Assembly: GCA_000934665.2 (NCBI GenBank)
Contig: KZ538448.1
Span: forward strand, 1-64,000
DNA from: Catajapyx aquilonaris
Taxonomy: Eukaryota
Reading direction: 5' to 3'
DNA length: 64,000 nucleotides
The first letter of the stretch is position 1. Each line of letters begins with the position of its first letter. The notes beneath the pieces are model-generated. The model was not told where the DNA came from. It did not search any database and was given only the letters and a program-made list of their open reading frames with translations. Below are positions 1 to 12,156 of this stretch, in pieces. Position numbers and translations under genes: made by a program.

Positions 1-240
1 AAAGTCATGACTTGAAACCCCCGTTTTCCCATTTAAATCTTGCGTCAAAGTTCAAAAATTGTGTGCGATGTGTGGGGTGTAACATATGGAATTGCTCCTA
101 TAGCAACTGCTATATTCGACCTCCAGTGGGTCGAATAGAATGGGGCACATGGTTAAAGGCACAACAAGCTACTAAAAATAAAGTCTGATATCAGGCAATA
201 TCAGTTATATGAAAACGGCCCACGAATTTGGAACACCCTG
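1..240. mobile_element. Terminal fragment of a Tc1/mariner-type element
   Basis: Ends AATTTGGAACACCCTG followed by TA, the reverse complement of a CAGGGTG-type terminal inverted repeat (TIR). The other end lies outside the window. Confidence 0.4.
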
Positions 241-406
241 TATAGGGCCATAGGCACCTTTTGCTATTATCTAAAACGAAATTACTATATTTGAGTTTGG
301 CGATTTTCACTTCAGGTTGAAGATAATCGTATGCCAATACTCATGACGTAACCATAGGCCCAGACCGCCATAATTAAATGAAAGCCTACGGTTTGGACAT
401 TAGGTA

Positions 407-1091
407 CAGGTGCTGTATACCAATAAAGTGCATCATTCGATTCGGAATTGAATCGATTCGCGAATTGCGCCATTCCGGTGTATCGAAAATGAACTGAACT
501 TGAGGCAACTGACTTCACTGATAAATGAGCATTAATGGAATTGAGTGGAAATTAGCCGGAAGTTAATTCAATTACAATAAGTGGAACGAATATGGGATAT
601 GAATGGAGAATTGAATAGAATATGAAGTTATACGGGCGCCATTCCATATGTAATTGAATTAATTTACAAATATAGATTAATGAGGTGAATAAAAATGAGT
701 GGAAAATGTAACTTAGGCTAACCATTATTTTTTATAATCTCCGTAATATTAGTCGCCTGTTTTTTGTAATGCAGTAAATGTGAATCAATTGTCGCCAATG
801 TTGAATGTTGTGCTTGCGGTAATGAGGTGACATTACGTCTTCAGAGCTTTCAATGAAATCCTGAACAACTCCCATTGTGCAAAAAAAAAAAAAATACAGG
901 AATCGCAATATATTGAATGGCTAATTACATTGATGGGAGAATGGAATGGAATGGAAGCAAAATAATGGCTGACTGATTTGGAATAACTTAGTAAAGAATT
1001 TGAATTCAAATATGGTGGAATTGAATGTGATGCTAGTGCCCAATAAATTGATTGGGTAATTTTTTTTTCAAATGAATTGTGTCCATCCCTG
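407..1091. mobile_element. Degenerate hAT-like MITE (CAGTGATGG/CAGGGATGG TIR family, GAAT-rich)
   Basis: Ends GTCCATCCCTG. Shares GATTCGCGAATTGC and the GAAT-rich interior with the copy at 42493-42714. The left boundary is approximate. Confidence 0.45.
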
Positions 1092-1570
1092 TGGTGACTA
1101 AACAGGCCAATATCTCATGTAGGCTACTGTACAGATACACGTAGCCAATATTACAATGCTGGGAGAAGCTGGTCGCGCGTGGTGTTTCCCACGCAGAAAC
1201 AGCAGCTATTGCAACAGGGTTGAACCAGGTTGAACTAACAAGTAATTTGTATCACAGAGCTGATAATTATGTGAATACCTGGGACAATATATTTTTAACT
1301 TCGAACTATGTATTCATGGTCTCCTTCCAGATTTGTGATGCAGAAGGAGTGAAATAGGGATCAACAAATAGACCTACCGTATAAATCAATAATCTTCATT
1401 GCATGGGTCATGGTATGCTAGATTTTCCGCTGACTATTATTTTATAATCACATAAATATTATTTTGAGTGGCCTTTTAGTCATCAGGGGTCACGTCAGTG
1501 CCCTGTTTCCATATTTCTGCAAAATTGAGGCTCATCTCTGTTCTTTCCGAGTCTTTTGATCATCAGTGCC

Positions 1571-1637
1571 ATGGCCGCCACAAGTTTCCACGATTATTAT
1601 TACCACCATCCGCTGTTGTGGGAAGGCCCATCTATAG
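1571..1637 (+). CDS. Candidate first coding exon of an unidentified large gene (MAATSFHDYYYHHPLLWEGPSI-G)
   Basis: GCCATGG Kozak context, an in-frame stop at 1526-1528 upstream, 22 open codons plus 1 nt, and a strong AG|GTAAGT donor (phase 1). Confidence 0.5.
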
Positions 1638-1999
1638 GTAAGTAATATAATTAGTCAGATATATATGTATCACATACTACTAGGCCTATTACATTGTACA
1701 TAACGATGGGTCCTCCCTATCGTGGAAGATAGAAATAATATATTGTGAATACTTGATTGACAGTCATGACACTGGCGACAAAAAGCAACTGCAGGAATAA
1801 CGATTCCCTTGTAAGTTGCTCTCTTACAACTGATTATGACAGAAAGAGGCATGGAGATATCACTGAGGACCAAAGCGTCACTCACAATGAAATAATTGTA
1901 GCGGGAAATAAATAATCAGAATCGGAAAATTCAGCATGTTGTGGCCCGCGAGAGGAAGGTCATTAATACCTAGGTAAGAAGGACTGTGCTGCTTGTTTC

Positions 2000-2126
<127 letters not shown>

Positions 2127-2242
2127 TCATTATTGCAACCAGCCCCCTGACACATCCAGCCTAGCCCCGTGTTGATTCTTACCCCTTTCGAGCGCTTCGT
2201 CTTGGCCCAGAGATGGCGTTACTGTTTGCCTATTCTCTAATG

Positions 2243-2746
2243 CAGGGCTATTCAATTGGCGGACCGCGAGGCAATTTCGTCCGGACCGCGACGATATACA
2301 GGACAGTTTGAAATAGCATTAGAAATTATACTAATTTCTGATTTTTTGGAAAAGTGCTACCAATTTCATCAAATACACACCCATTCAAATCTTCCACATT
2401 CACCTAAGCTCGTGTGACCTTGAACCCCTCCCCCAATTCGCCTGCGGCGGGATTGCTCCCCACCCTTTATGGCTTGTTCACCTTTTGCTTATGAAATGGC
2501 CCCCCTCCGAAAAAAAATCTGCCTACGCGCCTGTACAGGACATCATAATGGGCGAAAATGTCTTCATATGTCCTGTCTTGATTGGCCCTTCTACCATTGC
2601 TGCACTTGTTTCTATTTTCAAAATTTAACCCTGTGGTACCACATAAAAGCATACCTTTACCCAGGGGGGGGGGGGGTCCGGACCTTCAATGTCCCAGGAA
2701 AGGTAAATACTGGACCTTATTATCATAAACTAATTGAATAGCCCTG
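2243..2746. mobile_element. hAT-superfamily MITE
   Basis: TIR CAGGGCTATTCAA...TTGAATAGCCCTG with a perfect 8-bp TSD CTCTAATG (2235-2242, 2747-2754). A second copy lies inverted at 63020-63482. Confidence 0.92.
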
Positions 2747-4084
2747 CTCTAATGTAAAAGCTGTCTTTCAATTTTCTCAGTTGCAAATGCACCAAAATAA
2801 TGCAAATCGTGTCGTTAGATAGCCGGGAACAAATACTACATGGTACATTATTTCGTGTTGGCCATACTTTTTGGTATAAGTGTGCAATTAATTGCGGAGG
2901 GACATATAGGTATTGTTAATTGCCAATATTGTCCAAGTCTATAGTACGTCCAAGGCCAAGGATCATTGTTTACCCCAGCAACCAGTTTGAATGAAATCAA
3001 CCTGTTGGAAGCAACGATTTAGGAACCATTCACCTGTCGTAGTTGTTAATTGCTTATTGTGAAACTTTTCTGCTCCTCCTGTATTGTTAGATTGTAGCCT
3101 TGATGTGTAGTGCCGAGCAGTGCACAAACCCTGTATTTATGTTTCAGCTAACATGCGAGCCGAACCCCCATTATTGAGGTATATAGATAATAATTCGTAA
3201 ATGACAGAAAGGTTTTAATGCGTTTGTCTCGAGTAACATACTGTATGTATAACACTGATATTCTATAGTAAGGCACCTTTGTCAATATCATCACACTGCA
3301 ATTCATTTTTTTAAACCAACTTTGGCCTAGGCCTTGCTTTGTAGCTGTGCGAAAAAAATATATCCCCCTTTAATTTGCATCTGCAGTGTACAGTGTTATC
3401 GCCATTCTAGCTTCTGCATACGTGTAGAATCCACAGGTAGTCCTTGATTTCTTTGCCAGTATACCGAGTTCAAAATAATTGCTCATATACCTGGCATTAA
3501 GAAGTGTTCCTCGCCTTGAATGAGCCGAGAATGCTGCCACTACTAAAACTTACCTTTCCCGCGTAATGAGTTCGTTGCCCAGGTGCCAAGATCGATACTT
3601 CGAGTCCGATATCTATGCTCCGATTCTACCTTCCAAATCTTTTTCGTAACTTTTGAAGACGTAATTACGTAAAAAGTCAGGCATGTGTCTAGTCATCAAT
3701 GGGCCTATTAATGAGCCACCAAGAAATAATTCACTCACTTTTACAAAAATTTAAAGGCTGGTCAGTCAGACCACATCCTGTCCCAGATCTCTTCTCCTTC
3801 AACTGACCAGGTTGAGATAACAGCATCTGTAAATTGCCCAACAACCTTCCCTGTGGAATAAAATTATTGTTGTTTGATATTATACTACAAAATGTTAATT
3901 ATTGCACATAATATTTTTTCAGAGCCAATGTGGTAGCGCAACAATGGCAATCTAGGACAGGTGATACCGGCATGGTAAATCCTGGTCAACATGGCCTATA
4001 CGTAGTTCAGTCCTCCCTCCGGATGGTTGGTACACCAGAATGGTCCAGTTCTTGGCTCCTGTCATGATAGACAATGCCAGCATA

Positions 4085-4348
4085 TTTTTTAAATTTTATT
4101 TCATACTCCGTGCTAGAGCCTGTGGCTCCCTTATGGGGGTGGATTACCACCATTGGATGGGACCAGGGATAGGGAAGTAAGGAAGCGGCTGTGGCCTATT
4201 TTTATGGAAACTACCCCGGAATTGTCCTGGAGGGGACCATAGAAAACCACAGAAAACCATGGTCAGGGTCGCCGGCCCCTGGATTCGAACCTAGGACCTC
4301 CCGTGTGATAGGCGGGTTCCTTATCTCCTACACCAACCTGCTTCGGTA
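4085..4348 (-). mobile_element. tRNA-derived SINE (body recalls Lm1/Talua-type insect SINEs)
   Basis: Minus-strand B box GGTTCGAATCC, an A-rich tail, and a 12-bp TSD AATGCCAGCATA (4073-4084, 4349-4360). The family resemblance is from recall. Confidence 0.88.
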
Positions 4349-4754
4349 AATGCCAGCATAATATGAGTCCATTCTTATTGTTAGTAGTTTGCACTAAAGG
4401 TGGACACACACTTTTGTTTGCTTCTTCTACAACCTGGCTTACCTGAGTCGGACGCGATGTAGGGCCTACGTGAGTCCTCTGTCACTAGCATGTGTTACTC
4501 AAGGTTCCTCAATATACCATCTAGATACCATCTCGATACCATCTGGAAGTGTGGACCATCGGTGTACCATTTAGAATGGACCGAAACGGCCCAAAGCATG
4601 GGTCCTGTACTGACTACAGTTAGGACACGAGGCTCTGTATATCGGTTGTGTCCTAACTATGTACTGGTTAAGGCCGCATGTACTCGCTTGGATCTTGGAA
4701 TCAGGACATAGTCGTGTACATGCTGGGATATACCAGCTTGGGCTGATACCACTA

Positions 4755-4979
4755 GGCTGCCATCCGCTCGAAGAAGACCGTAACTCAACATCCACTTTCC
4801 CTTGCGGCGAGAAAAAAAAGTAGTGGTACCAAAATCATCCAACAGGTGGAGTTTGGGTGCCCGTTCCTTTCTCACTTCCTTCAACGCCACCTCTTGGATG
4901 CTTTCGGTAACACTTGCTTACTTTTCTCGCCGCAAGGGAAGTGGATTTTGAGTTACGGTTTTCTCTGAGCGGACGGCAG
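4755..4979. mobile_element. Palindromic MITE with ~90-bp arms
   Basis: CTGCCATCCGCTC...CCGTAACTCAACATCCAC...CTTGCGGCGAGAAAA is mirrored by TTTTCTCGCCGCAAG...GTGGATTTTGAGTTACGG...GAGCGGACGGCAG. TA occurs at both flanks. Confidence 0.75.
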
Positions 4980-6479
4980 TAGGGACGGCTCTTCTCGCCT
5001 GGTTAAGATTACTGTCTCAAAATATGCAAGGACCAGTTGAATGCTGATTGGTGAGTGTGAACAATGCGGGGGCATGACAACGGGTGACCTATTGGCATTC
5101 TGAATTCAGTGAATGTGTCTGTCAGACAGGTCCGAATTCGAGGACGGTATGGCCAAGATCCCGCTAATTTTTCTCAGACGCACTGATTTCGGTGTGAGGT
5201 ATAAAACCGAAATCAGGGATAGTTTCAATGTTGAGACTCGCTCACTTGTAAGGGTGCACTTTAGCCTCCAACAAAATATGAAAGGTTTCTTAATACCTTC
5301 TGAATCTACTAGACGAGCTGAGTTGAGGGACACTGTTCGTAGGAAGTGTAAACGTTTCATTCAAAAGTTATTGAATTTTGAAGTAATCAATTTAAAATGT
5401 CTATAAACGCAAAAACTAGCCCTCACTTTTCCTTATGAAGCCTCCTCACCACTAGGCGGCGTGAAGTGAACAATACATTCCATTATTTATGAATAGCATC
5501 CTATACACTCACATAATGCTATGTTGACTTGCCACACGCCCTTTCTTCCGGAGGTTTTCAGGTCCACCCTGAGAACCACTGAATCCAACCGTTTCCTCAC
5601 AACTTCAACATCTGCGTAATAGATAACTATAACTAGATAGAATAAAATAACTGCAGAACACACAATACCCATGATATTGATAAATTCTGTATACCAGTAC
5701 GTGATATTAATAATCCTGGGCTGCAATTACTTGGTTCCTAACTCCGAAGTATTAGGCTTGATTATTATCACTAAATACTGCCTTACATCTTACTGGAATC
5801 CGGATTTTATGTCATATGGAACTTTTTTCGCTTTTTTTATCCGGACTATCCGTGTGGGAAAATACATTGGGGCCCTGAGAAAACATGCTCAAGAAAGAAG
5901 AGAATCTATAGAAACTCTGTCTCACATGAGAAAATACATTGCCGGACTCGGGGATCAGACAGCATGGGACCTTAGAGGTGTAAAGTCTATGGTCTTTCGT
6001 AGCCGTACCACCCAGCCAATCTGGATAATGAAAAGATTTAACTTTCCTTGCCAAAGACCTGTGAGAAATTGAAGATTTAACTGATATGTACGCGTAATCA
6101 GAAATTTTCCCTCATTTGTTTTCGTACAAATTGGTCTGATGTGACTATCAGGGACTATGGTTGCTCATGTGTGTCAACTGATGTGGTAGTTCAATTACAG
6201 TAACTTAAATGTATCATACTGCAGAAGCGCCACATGTAGGCAGAATTCACATGACATAATGGTTAAATTAGTGTCAAGAATCGACGCATATTAGCCAGCT
6301 GCTAATAAGTCATCTACTGTGGCGTGTGGGATGTGATAAAATTACGATTGTGTGAAGAACGTAGATTAGATTTTTTGCGCATCATGCATGTAGTTATAAA
6401 GGTACACCCTCCTAAAAGGCGCCGCTGGCCTTTGTGAAGACGCGGTTTTTTTTCAGGGTGTAATCACCCTGAGTCCACT

Positions 6480-7068
6480 GAAGCATGCATACACTTCAGG
6501 AAGAATCCATGGGGGATGATAACGTACCCAGGCGAATCCGTGGCACTATAAGAGAGAAAACAGTGGAATAATTTCTGACGAAAGCAGTTCGGAAGAAAAA
6601 AAATTAGCAGTAACTTTTTCATCCTGTAGAGTATGCAAGACATTCTCATCTGACTCAACGACCGAAAAAACCTCTAACACGCCATACTCCATGCTAGGAA
6701 TATATTGGAGGCCAACGTGGTGGACTGTGACATAACAAGTGCGTATGTATTCAAAAAGCATTCACTGGTTCATGACTCTTTCAAGGTAGGACCAGCCATT
6801 AAAATGCCTGTCCCAAAAGTATTTAGTAGATGCAGTGTTGTAACAACAAAAAAACATACTTGTAAATTGCGACGCCCGTCTGTCATGTTATCGTGTGCAG
6901 AACAACATTATTTGTCTTGTTTTGAAGCATTGGTCGCACAATCCACTATTTCTCGCAAACAAGCCCGGGCTGAAGTATGCTGTTACAGGATGTATAAAAA
7001 TGTTTGTGGAAGAGTGGAAAAGGTTTTTTAAAAGTGTAAATAGCTTACCGTTTAATTCTGGGGTTAAA
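6480..7068 (+). pseudogene. Possible decayed piggyBac-like transposase relic
   Basis: The translation SRCSVVTTKKHTCKL...SCAEQHYLSCFEA resembles the piggyBac C-terminal Cys-rich domain, and the region ends GGGG-TTAA. The similarity is weak. Confidence 0.25.
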
Positions 7069-8123
7069 ATTTTTATTGCCTTTTCATATGCTGAATGGTT
7101 ATACTGTACAATATAATGATACTATTGGGGGATGAACATAATAAATTCCACGTTTTAAAAGACTAACGACATCTGAATACTCACCTGACAGGTGAATATC
7201 CCAATAGAACAAGGACCCAATTTATTCCAAAGGGTGTGGAAACAAAAAAAAAACTTATGACATTAAAACTAGCCTCTTATACTTTATTAATTCTATAACA
7301 TGATGAAGTTTCAATACCAAAGCATTAGACCCGAAAAATATTTTTTAGTCGGGTTCAAGGAATTAAAATGAGGTCCCTTGTTATAGCGTAATAAAGGCCT
7401 TGGGTCCTCTTTGTGGTTACCTGTGACTGACTCACCTCTGGGAAATGATGGATTAATTGCTCCACCAATCTATTGCCGTCCGATACAGCCCTTGAAAATG
7501 CGGTCACATACATTTCACTAAATAGGCCTAGTCCCTGCCGCTAGCCCATTATCCCGTATTGATCCTAATAATGAAACCACTTATCCCTCCAACCCATATC
7601 ATCCACCTACACCGACACACTGAAGCTGGCCTGGACTCTCTGTTTCTATAACATGATCGACCCCCTGCATTCATTCGATCACTGCAATTGAATGTTGGAT
7701 AGTAGATCATGTTCCAGCCTCCAGAATGTTTCTAGCCCGTTTCCAGTTCCTGAGAAGTAGCGTATAAACTGCTCCAAAACGAATCAATTCCGGCTTGTGG
7801 GGGGGGGGGGGNNGGGGGGGGTACTGGATATGGCACTTCTCACGCCTGTACAGATTAGGAAAAAGGTTTGAATAAGACACGGAAGAAGTTGGATGCGACT
7901 GACGCAATGATGTATAGATACGACTTGTGGTAGTGTCTGTCCCGCCTCTATATCTACAGCCAAAGTGTAGGCATATGAAGTAGACCGATCAAAGTAAGTT
8001 GAGTTATGCAATATTGCGCGTATGTCACGTCAGCTTTTTGCGAGTCATTAAGGAAATGGTGCGAGGCATGCAATCTTCATACTTCCAACTCATTCTCAAG
8101 TGACTAATATTTCTGCATTTCAG

Positions 8124-8150
8124 GTCTTCATATGCCTCATGAGTATTTAG
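8124..8150 (+). CDS. Candidate 27-nt microexon (G-LHMPHEYL-G)
   Basis: Branch point TGACTAAT (8101-8108), acceptor TTCTGCATTTCAG and donor AG|GTACGT. The length is a multiple of 3 and only phase 1 is open. Confidence 0.55.
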   Translation, partial: VFICLMSI

Positions 8151-9719
8151 GTACGTGAAATATTCAGGACAGCCATGTGGATGCTACGGATTGTCCAGCA
8201 TGCTAATCTCTTGGAGATTTCTACACCAAAATGTCAGATCCATAATTATGGTACGAAGACTTGGAATGCAGAACTGTGTCTGAGCTATGAGGAATATTGC
8301 ATTATCCTTTATGAGATGAAATTTGGAGCATCTGGGCAACACAATTAAGAATCAAGAATGTGTTGTACTGTACACAGTAATCCAACTCAAGGCGTATATG
8401 CAAGTATCAGCATGTAAATAGGAACATAATATTCTAGAAATCTCACGAAGCCTGTCTCAATTTGGACCAAAATGTGACTCTAATCGTTCTTCACTTCAAG
8501 TCTTCCACATGAACATTTTTTTCCTGCGGGTAAGAGCACCAATTGAAATTTAAAGTGACGAATTGCCAGCATACTCGAGGCAGAGCCTTGCACCGCACTG
8601 TAATTATCGCCCACCAGCGGCTGTAAGGGGACCATGGTCCGTCCTTTGTGAACCAGTCTGTGTGCTCTTACCTTTCAGGAGTGGAAGCGACCTTGAGTGG
8701 TGGCTTAAGAAGGCGACTGCCAGCCTTTTGTTGGCCCCAGGGCATTTTACCTTGTTTACTCATCCTGAAGGCCACAACGGGAGTCCAATATTCTGAATAT
8801 TGCCCCTGGAAAATACGACAGTATCGTGCGGGTTAGCTAACTATCCAGGATAACATGTGCATGAATGCCACATGAAATGTTATTACATGGACTTCAAAAT
8901 GAGACAGTTTCTACTATAGCAATTAGCAAAAATAGTCGTAAGGTTTATTTGCAGACTCTTTTCGGGCCTGAATTTCATGTCTCAGCCAGACATTAGAGGA
9001 GAAACTGCTCATTTTATACTTTGCTCTTTAGGCTACTTGGCAGTCTTTGACAATAAGACAGCCAACGAAACGGGCCATAATAATAATACACTAGCAGGGG
9101 TGCTATAAAATGTAGCACTACCAATTTTTGCACACACGCTATCGGTCAGATAAAATAACTAACAAGCCTGCAGTACAAAAGGGGACGAAGGTTGATGACA
9201 GCATCGCACGAGGGGAGCCGATAGTATCTACAATGTTGGAATAGATTATAGAATGGAACAGAAATGTTGCTGTAATTGCTGTAACTGCGCGTTGCAATCA
9301 GATAAGCAGAAAACGACGTAAGGCGCAGTATTTTTGCTATATCTCGGGATCTAATTATCGAATCGAACATCGAATTCATATTGCTGGTACATTATTACGA
9401 TAGCGTCCATGTACAGGCCACGTTGGTACTCCACTACTCCTGTATAAGAGTTCAGACTGCATGCGCCGCGCACGGAGCCCACCATTCCTGTAAATGTGGT
9501 TGCCAACTTGATGCTGAAGCTTATGCGTAATTTACACCGACGCGGATGTTCCTTCTGGGAGATCCTCATTATCTAGAATCTATCTAGAAGTGGAAAGGGG
9601 TTTGTTATCTGATGATCAGAGATGCCGAGGGAGATTAAAGAGGCAGGGTATGAGGTAATTTTTAATGCTGTACAGGCCTAAACGTGGAAACTACTGCACT
9701 CTCAGGTTGATAATACTGT

Positions 9720-9903
9720 ATATTAAAACCTGCCTATAACGGAATATATATGTTCCACCAAAATTGGCCGTCTATAGGACAAGTTTTCGTTATGTATAGG
9801 CCTACGACGTAAAAATACTCCGTCGGGACCAAACAAAATTTTAGTATTAGGCAAATTTTGAGCTGTAGCCTACCAATGGTCCGTTGTATACAGGTTTAAC
9901 TTT
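9720..9903. mobile_element. Degenerate pogo/Tigger-type MITE
   Basis: Imperfect TIRs TAAAACCTGCCTATAACGG and CCGTTGTATACAGGTTTAA. Confidence 0.55.
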
Positions 9904-9935
9904 ATCCCAGGACCCCTATCTATTTCTGCCTTTAG

Positions 9936-9944
9936 GAGAGGCAG
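9936..9944 (+). CDS. Candidate 9-nt microexon (G-EA-G)
   Basis: TATTTCTGCCTTTAG|GAGAGGCAG|GTAAGT. It is frame-preserving and open in phase 1. Confidence 0.35.
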
Positions 9945-11146
9945 GTAAGTGATGGCCAGCCATTATACCATCACCAAGCCCTTTCCGAGGCAGAAATAAA
10001 CAGGTCTGAGGATAATGCGTAGAAACTTTACCAGGGCTTTTCTCACCCTCGTGGTAAGAGTATTTCGTGAACGGTAGAACTGTAGAAGGGTTGTGCCGGA
10101 AGTACTATTGTACAATTACGCGGATCCAAGTCTGGTGAACGTGCTTTCCTGATTACCAAAGATAATGGGAGAGACGGGAAGGGGTTAATCAGTGCACTGG
10201 AGAGAACTTAACCAAGCATGACGAAGGGTGTAAAAGTTAAAAAAAAACAACATTGTAACATAGCAGGCTACTGTGTACCATGATTACCCATACACCCTGA
10301 CTTAACAACAACAACATATTATTGTTGTTGTTTTCGACATTATTATAATGACGTCGAAATGTTACACTCCGAGAAAGAACGTTATCAAAATGTGGTACAA
10401 CTCGTCCTTCTTTCTTCCATACTGGTCAACAAGGAAGGAAGGGGTCCCGATGCGATGCGTTCGCATCACTGATTAAGAAAATGGGGCCTTTTCATTTCTG
10501 CCTGGAGGCGAGGGAAGCGCATGAAAGTGGGTCTGGTTGAGGTGGCCAGAGTAGATGGTGGTAATGTGGCCTTGACGTGCCTGCTCCCCTCCAGGCGGAT
10601 ATAGTCGCAACAGAGGGATATTTTTAGTGCGACTGTGTCACCTTGTTCTTAGTGTGCGCAATGCACATTTCAACATGCACCTGAGCCAGTCTCGTCTAAA
10701 AGTCCTTAATCCCTATACCCTATACCACAACCAAAAACGCGTTAATTTCGGACGATAAGGACCTCGTGACGACGCGACGCGGCGTTGTCATGTGATGACG
10801 AGCACGACGCGACGCGACGTGACAACTCCGTGTGTTTATGAGAACCTTATCGCCTTTGGGACCGCCCAGAAAGTAGGCTACATCACGCTCCTTGGGGGTA
10901 GGGAGGGAGGACAATGTGACGGACTGTGACATGGACCTAACGCTGACGTCATGCTCAAAAATCGTAAAATAATGCAAATAAATGAATAAAAAAGCAATGC
11001 ACTGTACTCCTGATTATCAGGGCTAATGACTACACGAGGGGTTGGCGGATAATCGGAAAACACGGATAATCGAAAAATGGGTCTAGATAGGTATCTAGAA
11101 CCATTTTCCGATTATCCGTGTTTTCCGAATAGCTATTCAGAGGACA

Positions 11147-11269
11147 CAAGGGGGTAACCACTCCCCCCAAAAGTGTACACCAGTTCCTGGAACCGGGTGG
11201 TTCAAGCCGGTTCTAAGCCGGTTCCAGAGGAACCCCGTACACCGGTTCCACGAAGTGGTTACCCCCTCG
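11147..11269. mobile_element. Mini-MITE with an 8-bp TSD (P- or hAT-like)
   Basis: TIR CAAGGGGGTAACCACT / AGTGGTTACCCCCTCG and a degenerate TSD AGAGGACA/ACAGGTCA. Related to 22667-22775. Confidence 0.7.
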
Positions 11270-11334
11270 ACAGGTCATACTGTATGCTGCTTTAAATAAG
11301 GTTTAATCAAAATAATGAAACTTCCCACACATTT

Positions 11335-11366
11335 TAGACTTTTTCCAAGAAAAACCAAGGAACAGC

Positions 11367-11399
<33 letters not shown>

Positions 11400-11690
11400 G
11401 GACAGGTATCAGACAGACAGACAGAGCCGTGCTATAAGACTTTTTTCCAATTTTCGGGTTCCGGATTCACTCTATCCGCCCCTTCCCCTGGCTGCTCCCT
11501 CCCCCCACCCCTTCCCCTGGCTGCTCCCTCCCCCACCCCTTCCCCCTGACCTCCCAGTCCCCCCACCGCCCCCTCCCCCAGATCACCCTTTCCCCCCTCT
11601 CAGTCCCGTGACTGACGTTGGGGACAATAACAGTACTAAACATGAAAAAGTCTAGTCTAATCACGCACTCGTGATTTGCCAATCTGGTTT
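11335..11690 (+). mobile_element. DINE-1/HINE-like non-autonomous Helentron
   Basis: Subterminal inverted repeats TAGACTTTTTC / GAAAAAGTCTA, an internal (CTGT)n microsatellite, a 3' hairpin AATCACG-CACT-CGTGATT, and T-rich flanks. Confidence 0.7.
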
Positions 11691-11877
11691 AGTTTGTCTT
11701 CTGGAAAAAGTATGTTTCGCAAGCCACATTGACATTTTTTCGAACTTTTATTAATTTTGATTTGTTTTGGCGACGCACGGATAATCCGCACGCGGATTAT
11801 CGGGAGTAGAGTGTAAATAAAACCTCAATACAACAGTCAGAACATGCACCGTTTCATCCATCCCGGTTCGAATCCCG

Positions 11878-12156
11878 GCCGGCGCTGGTGGTCTGGTGGT
11901 TTTATAGCTCGCTCGCCTCTAGACCCAAAGTTGTGGGTTCGAACCCGGCCAAGGTCGGTGACTTTTCTCCGGGTGGTAGAAAAATGAGAGTGCACCTTTC
12001 TTCGGAGGGGAAGTAAAGCCGTCGGTCCCGTGTGATTGTGACATTGCGCGAGTGCACGTTAAAGATCCCCAGAGTTGCCAGGAGGAGGACCACCCCCTGG
12101 CGTCGGTGTTTAGCCTTAGTAGCAGAAATAGGCCGACGTTAAGCCCCGCTGATAAA
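11878..12156 (+). mobile_element. tRNA-derived SINE with a Deu/Nin-like central domain
   Basis: A box TGGTCTGGTGG, B box GGTTCGAACCC, central CTTCGGAGGGGAAGTAAAGCCG...GCACGTTAAAGATCCC, and a 13-bp TSD GGTTCGAATCCCG (11865-11877, 12157-12169). The domain name is from recall. Confidence 0.85.

Larger units (their letters stand above)
11000..11813. mobile_element. pogo/Tigger-type MITE carrying nested insertions
   Basis: TIRs CACTGTACTCCTGATTATC and GATTATCGGGAGTAGAGTG(TA), with repeated CGGATAATC subterminal motifs. Confidence 0.65.

Noticed and set aside
1935..1973. 39-nt exon candidate ending AG|GTAAGA
   Set aside because: There is no polypyrimidine tract and phase 1 contains a stop.
5113..6072. 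Cluster of 80-133 aa ORFs suggesting a retroelement or viral relic
   Set aside because: No motif could be recognised in any frame.
8679..8831. 153-nt phase-1 open exon candidate
   Set aside because: The acceptor is good but the donor (GTTAGC) is weak and the peptide is unconvincing.
11398..11655. Pro-rich ORF
   Set aside because: It is the C-rich interior of the DINE-1-like element.
11878..11950. tRNA gene calls at A/B boxes (also ~4280, 26005, 40530, 49648 and 53095)
   Set aside because: All are SINE heads with bodies and tails, most with clear TSDs. No complete cloverleaf is seen.
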